NCBI GenBank assembly: GCA_031425215.1
Contig: JANPIW010000852.1
Span: 1 to 28,955 of the forward strand
Reading direction: 5' to 3'
Source: Verrucomicrobiaceae bacterium
Lineage (GTDB): Bacteria; Verrucomicrobiota; Verrucomicrobiia; Verrucomicrobiales; Verrucomicrobiaceae
DNA: 28,955 bases
In this document: in pieces, positions 24,667 through 28,955 of the stretch
Position numbering within the stretch: the first letter of the stretch is position 1
How the letters are laid out: each line of letters begins with the position of its first letter
Notes under the pieces: generated by a model
Database searches by the model: none
What the model saw: only the letters and a program-made list of their open reading frames with translations
What the model was told of the DNA's origin: nothing
Position numbers and translations under genes: made by a program

Positions 24667-25182
24667 ATGAAAGCCACCTCACTCCTATTTTGCGTCGTGA
24701 TTCCGCTGTTGCTCGCCTCGTGCTTGTTCAAGGACCCCGTTTTCACCGAGGGCTTCATCAAGACGGACGACAGCATCGTCGGCGTATGGGTGATGGAGGA
24801 GGAGATGGCCGATATGGAGAAAGCCGATCTCGCCGCATGCTTCAAAGTGGACGACAGCCATTACATTCTGCATTACCCGGCACAGAAGAAGGACGGCATG
24901 TATTTTGACGCGCAGCCGCTGAAAGTGCGTGACCGTGAGCTGCTCCAGGTGCGCGCGCTTGGCTCGCTGAAGGATCGTCCGGTGAGGGCAGGGGACAAGG
25001 AAGTGTTCACTCTCATCTGGATCGAGAAGCTGGCCGCCGGGAAACTCAACGTGCGCCCGCTCAACGGGAAGCTGGAGAAGAAGGCTCCGGCCGAGCTTCG
25101 GAAGATGATCGAAGATCCGGGGAGTGATTGGAACGAGCTGTTTGTGGAGGCGAAGGTCTTCAAGAGAATCTCAAAGGAGTGA
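24667..25182 (+). CDS. Lipoprotein.
   Basis: The first ATG after an artefactual 5' extension. Signal peptide plus lipobox: MKATSLLFCVVIPLLLASC. 171 aa. Confidence 0.55.
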   Translation: MKATSLLFCVVIPLLLASCLFKDPVFTEGFIKTDDSIVGVWVMEEEMADMEKADLAACFKVDDSHYILHYPAQKKDGMYFDAQPLKVRDRELLQVRALGSLKDRPVRAGDKEVFTLIWIEKLAAGKLNVRPLNGKLEKKAPAELRKMIEDPGSDWNELFVEAKVFKRISKE

Positions 25183-25215
25183 GGAACTGAAGCCTGTCCT
25201 TCCCGTCCGCGCGCG

Positions 25216-27162
25216 ATGCCTGTGTTTCCACGATCTTGGCTGACGGCTTTTCTGGCCGCCGCCTTTGTCGCGGTCATCGCGTTTCGTTACGCGGAGCCGA
25301 TCTCTGATGGCGATCTATTCTGGCACATGGCGTATGCGCGGCAGATGAGCGAGAGCGGCTCGCTAGTGTTGGATCACTCGATCTACTCATGGACGCCAGC
25401 CAGCAACCGCATGATCTACTGCGCGTGGGCCGCGGAGCTGGAGCTGCGATGGCTGTGGGAGAATCTCGGATTGTGGAGCCTCTTCTGCCTGCGCTACGCG
25501 GTCATTCTTTTCTGCGCGTGGTTGTTTTGTGATTTTGCGCGGCGGCTCGGTCTGGCGCGTCTGCCCGCGACGTGGCTTGTGCTGCTCATCACTGCGCTCG
25601 TGTCCGTGGCGGGCACTTTGATCAAGCCGGAGCTTTTCTCGCTGCTCTTCATGTCCGCGCTCGTCGTCGTGTTTTATCGGGGCAAACATGCCACGCTCAC
25701 CGGTGGCAATACCGTGCGCTGGTTTTACGCCGCGCCGATCATCATGCTGTTGTGGGTGAATCATCATGGCGCGTTCATCCTCTCCGCGCCGTTCCTCCTG
25801 GCGACGGCGCTGGGTGAGGGCATCGCGCTGCGCTTTGGCAAAACCGGCGCGCTGCCGGCGCGAGTGTATGCGCATCTCGTCGCGGCTTGGGCGCTGTGCG
25901 GCGCGGCCACGCTGATCACGCCTTATGGCGCGCGTTATCCAGCGCAGCTTTTTGCCGACTACGTCCTGCATCGCACACCCCGGCCTGATGCGGCGTGGAA
26001 CCAGGCTTATCAAACCATCTTCCACGAGAGCGCGCAGGGCGGGCACTTTGTCGGGTCCATGATCGTGATGCTCGCCCTGCTGCTCACGGTCATCATCATG
26101 CGCGCGCGTTCCGCGCCGCGTGGCGCACGGTTCGACTGGACCACGGCGCTGGTGAATCTCGCTTATGTGCCGCTCTACATCATCTGGCTGCGCACCACCT
26201 GGGTTTGGGCACCGGTGTTCGCGTGCAGCTTTTTCTTCTCGCTCTGGCAGGCGCGGCAATGGCAGGCGGCGCCGGACGAAGCGCCGAAAGTCAGACGCCT
26301 GCCAATGCTGGCATCATCTTTGGCCGTCATCGCATATGTTTTCATCGGCGCGCGCGGCGTGATGGATGCGTGGCAACGGCCGGACTCGTGCAGTTGGATG
26401 GGTTTTGGTGTCTCGTGCATCAATCCCGTAGCGGAGGCGGAGTTCGTTTCGAAATCAAAGCTCGGCCCGCGCCTCATCAATCTCTTCGACGGCGGCGGCT
26501 ATCTCCTCTGGCGGCTCTGGCCGCAATGCCAGGTCATGGTGGACTCGCGCTCGTTTCCTTACCTCGACTGGTTTCAGGAGCAGTATGACTTCGCCCACGG
26601 CAGACACTTTGAAGAGTTCATCGCCAAATATCCCGCGGACACCGCTGTCATCGATCTCACCAAGGATCTCTGCTGGCGGAAGTTTCTTCGCGCTCCGGGC
26701 TGGCGGCCGGCTTTCTTCGGGCCGAGCGCCGTCGTCTTTGTGCGCGACTCGGTGAAGTCTGACCAACTGACCGTCGATGTCGCTCCCCATCGCTTTGAAG
26801 AACTCCGCAGCGCGGATGCCGCTGTGCGGGCGTTCTGGTTTGCCGCAGCAATCGCGGATTTCAAAACGGCGTGGCAGTTGCAAAGCGCGCTCGATACCCG
26901 CCTGCGTCGCCAGGTGCTGGAAACTGATGCTCTTTCAGCACAACGGTATCGCGAGGCCCACGCCGCTCTCCGCTCGGGCGACTTTGCACGCGCGGACCGT
27001 TTGTTTCTCGCCGCGCTCACCCCGGAGCGCATGTCAGACCGCGACAGGCTCATCCGCACCTTTCTCGATGGCATGGCGACCATTGCGAGAGAAGGCCGTC
27101 CACCCGCCGAGGCCGAGCCGCTCAAAGCCGCGCTCGCACGGCTGGCGGCTCCTGAGTCTTGA
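25216..27162 (+). CDS. Polytopic membrane protein (~11-13 TM) with a helical-repeat C-terminal domain; possibly a GT-C-fold (ArnT/PMT-like) glycosyltransferase.
   Basis: 648 aa. An acidic motif in the first loop (EPISDGDLFWHMAY) and many TM helices are followed by a soluble Ala/Arg-rich C-terminus. The family call is tentative. Confidence 0.55.
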   Translation: MPVFPRSWLTAFLAAAFVAVIAFRYAEPISDGDLFWHMAYARQMSESGSLVLDHSIYSWTPASNRMIYCAWAAELELRWLWENLGLWSLFCLRYAVILFCAWLFCDFARRLGLARLPATWLVLLITALVSVAGTLIKPELFSLLFMSALVVVFYRGKHATLTGGNTVRWFYAAPIIMLLWVNHHGAFILSAPFLLATALGEGIALRFGKTGALPARVYAHLVAAWALCGAATLITPYGARYPAQLFADYVLHRTPRPDAAWNQAYQTIFHESAQGGHFVGSMIVMLALLLTVIIMRARSAPRGARFDWTTALVNLAYVPLYIIWLRTTWVWAPVFACSFFFSLWQARQWQAAPDEAPKVRRLPMLASSLAVIAYVFIGARGVMDAWQRPDSCSWMGFGVSCINPVAEAEFVSKSKLGPRLINLFDGGGYLLWRLWPQCQVMVDSRSFPYLDWFQEQYDFAHGRHFEEFIAKYPADTAVIDLTKDLCWRKFLRAPGWRPAFFGPSAVVFVRDSVKSDQLTVDVAPHRFEELRSADAAVRAFWFAAAIADFKTAWQLQSALDTRLRRQVLETDALSAQRYREAHAALRSGDFARADRLFLAALTPERMSDRDRLIRTFLDGMATIAREGRPPAEAEPLKAALARLAAPES

Positions 27163-27256
27163 GGCTCCACCATCGTTTGCACCTGCTCATAATAAGTCCC
27201 GCCTCATCGCACTCATGTCTTGACTCGGCACGCTCATTGGCGCGACACTTCTCTTC

Positions 27257-28955
27257 ATGCACTCATATCACCTACTTCGTTTCGCAGTGTCTCTGGCCGC
27301 AGCACCGTTCTTGAGCGGGAGCGCAATGGCACAGGCCGGCAACACGACGTTCACCACCTCCACCACCAGGCACGACACGGTGAATCCGGTGGTGACCAAC
27401 AGCTCGACCAGCAGCACGGTCGAGAGCGCCCCGCTCTTCCTCAACCGTGCATCGACCGGCTTGCTGCTGGATTTCCAGCGCGACGGAGCCTTCTCTGATG
27501 CCGTCGTGCAGGATGCCATCCGTCGCGTACAGCCGTTGTTAAGGAATGCTCCGAGCAACAACGTCGGCGGCGGCACACAAACGTCCATCAGCTCTCAAAC
27601 CCAAACGCAGATGGAGACGCTTAACCTGGGACGTCAGGCTCGCGGCACCAACACATCCGTCACCGTCTCCAATGCGATTGGTCCGGGCACGATTCTCATC
27701 GGCACTGACCAAACCGTGTCATTTTTTGTGCCAGTTGGCACGCAAAACTTCAACGCCAACACGCACACCGAGAGCTATTTCGATGAGGTGATCGTGCAAT
27801 TCACGAATACCGTCACCACCAACACGCTCATCACCACCTCGCTTGGCCAGCCGGTCATCGCGGAGGTGGATCTCGGCGCGGTCATCTCTCTCATTCACAG
27901 CGCTCTTCCAGCCGCGCTGGCCCAGCGCGGTGCGGTGCAGCATATCGCCTCCGTCTCCACCCGCGATGTGAACAGCAGGCTCTTCCGCCTGCGCACCGGC
28001 GGTGATGAACGCGAGTTGAGCGGCGGCGACAAGGAGCCCGTGCGCGCCACCATCCGCCAGGATCATGATGGCAAGCTCGCCGTGGAGAATGTGAGCGAGC
28101 AACCTCACTGGCTGGAGCTGTTCGTGGGTGGCGATTTTGGCAGCACGGATCAAGAGAGCGGCACGTCGCTTGCGGGCCTCCAGGCTGAAACGTGGGGCGG
28201 CACTGTGGGAGCTGAGTTCACGCTTGCTCCCGGACTCAAGGCGGGCCTCGCGTGGTCTTACCTGGAGAGCCACGGTGATTTGTTCGGCGATCTCGGCGAC
28301 ATCGGCAGCCTCGATCTCGACGGCTACGCGCTCACCGCTTACATCTCGTGGTTGCACAAAGGATTCTACGCCGACGCGCTCTACAGCTACGGCAGCTTTG
28401 ACCACGACCTGCGCCGCGACACACTCCTTGGCGGCAGCGCCAGCGCGGAGACGGAGAGTGAGACGCACAGCGTGCAGTTCAACACCGGCTACAACTGGCA
28501 TGTGACGCCGCGCCTCATCACCGGGCCGCTGCTCAGCCTAGAATACCAGACCGGCGAGATCCACGGCTACACCGAGCGCGGAGGCGGCGGCGCGGCTGCC
28601 ATCGTGAGCGCGCAGAGTTACGACTCACTCATTTCACGCGTCGGCTGGCAGGCCTCGTGGCGCAAGCCAGCGAGCTTTGGCAATGTGACCGTGCAACTGC
28701 GCGCGAGCTGGGATCATGAATACATGAACGACGCCGAGGATGTGAGCGCGGCGTTGGGCACCTCGCCCGTGCGCTTCATCACCGCCAACGGCGTGGTGGG
28801 CGGCGGAGCCTTTGGCGTGACAGAATCAAGCGGCGACCCCGAGCGCGACTGGCTCAGCGTGGGCGCGGGAGTGCTCTTTGAGTTCGACAAGAGCTGGTCA
28901 GTGCTCCTCGACTACGAAGGCCGCCTGCTTCGCGGCGACCGCAACGACCACTTCG
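27257..28955 (+). CDS. Autotransporter (type Va) with a short Thr/Ser/Asn-rich passenger and a C-terminal beta-barrel translocator; 3'-partial, running off the window.
   Basis: Read from the sequence, as it is not in the ORF track (no stop in the window). Signal peptide: MHSYHLLRFAVSLAAAPFLSGSAMAQA. Beta-domain blocks are LAWSYLESHGDLFGDLGDIGSLDLDGYALTAYISW, GFYADALYSYGSFDHD and FNTGYNWH. An in-frame TGA sits at 27221. The start coordinate is accurate to ±1. Confidence 0.7.
   Translation, partial: MHSYHLLRFAVSLAAAPFLSGSAMAQAGNTTFTTSTTRHDTVNPVVTNSSTSSTVESAPLFLNRASTGLLLDFQRDGAFSDAVVQDAIRRVQPLLRNAPSNNVGGGTQTSISSQTQTQMETLNLGRQARGTNTSVTVSNAIGPGTILIGTDQTVSFFVPVGTQNFNANTHTESYFDEVIVQFTNTVTTNTLITTSLGQPVIAEVDLGAVISLIHSALPAALAQRGAVQHIASVSTRDVNSRLFRLRTGGDERELSGGDKEPVRATIRQDHDGKLAVENVSEQPHWLELFVGGDFGSTDQESGTSLAGLQAETWGGTVGAEFTLAPGLKAGLAWSYLESHGDLFGDLGDIGSLDLDGYALTAYISWLHKGFYADALYSYGSFDHDLRRDTLLGGSASAETESETHSVQFNTGYNWHVTPRLITGPLLSLEYQTGEIHGYTERGGGGAAAIVSAQSYDSLISRVGWQASWRKPASFGNVTVQLRASWDHEYMNDAEDVSAALGTSPVRFITANGVVGGGAFGVTESSGDPERDWLSVGAGVLFEFDKSWSVLLDYEGRLLRGDRNDHF

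Noticed and set aside
25387-26259. 290-aa minus-strand ORF, plus 25995..26588 + and 26574..27182 -.
   Set aside because: They overlap the 648-aa polytopic membrane protein gene. Arg-rich composition points to antisense artefacts.
1-28955. CRISPR arrays, rRNA/tRNA genes, transposase/integrase genes.
   Set aside because: No regularly spaced direct repeats, no tRNA-like cloverleaf candidates or rRNA-like stretches, and no transposase/integrase-like translations were noticed. The only mobile-looking feature is the non-coding IR element at 843-1056.

Overview
This is a high-GC (~62%) bacterial chromosomal window. The six-frame track is full of long antisense ORFs; I treat them as artefacts wherever the opposite strand carries a recognisable conserved gene. 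Coordinates for CDSs come from the ORF track, with internal starts re-derived by codon arithmetic. My own reading of the raw text may be off by 1-2 nt in places.

Layout:
(i) 119-841 (+): a collagen-like protein with an internally duplicated module.
(ii) 843-1056: a structured non-coding element. It has ~25-bp terminal inverted repeats and a perfect 27-bp-stem hairpin, and sits between convergent genes.
(iii) 1205-16453 (-): a division/cell-wall (dcw) cluster in the order rsmH-ftsL-ftsI-murE-murF-mraY-murD-[LysM protein]-ftsW-murG-[toxin/antitoxin pair]-murC/murB fusion. Upstream genes are tightly coupled by ATGA/GTGA overlaps. There is no mraZ upstream and no ddl-ftsQAZ downstream. A decayed duplicate of the ftsW 3' end sits in the ftsW-murG spacer.
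(iv) 16454-17226: an AT-richer leader/promoter region.
(v) 17227-20327 (-): NfeD-like, flotillin/SPFH and PIG-L/LmbE-family deacetylase genes.
(vi) 20459-28955 (+): a CPXCG zinc-ribbon small protein; an intact vapB-like antitoxin followed by a degraded PIN (vapC) pseudogene; a membrane Ser/Thr kinase fused to a signal-peptidase/LexA-like (S26/S24-type) domain and translationally coupled to an ECF sigma factor; then a lipoprotein, a 648-aa polytopic membrane protein and a 3'-partial autotransporter.

No rRNA, tRNA or CRISPR array was recognised. The gene repertoire fits a PVC-type (Verrucomicrobia-like) genome: Ser/Thr-kinase-linked ECF sigma with a TTRWTLV motif, and a murC-murB fusion. That is inference only.
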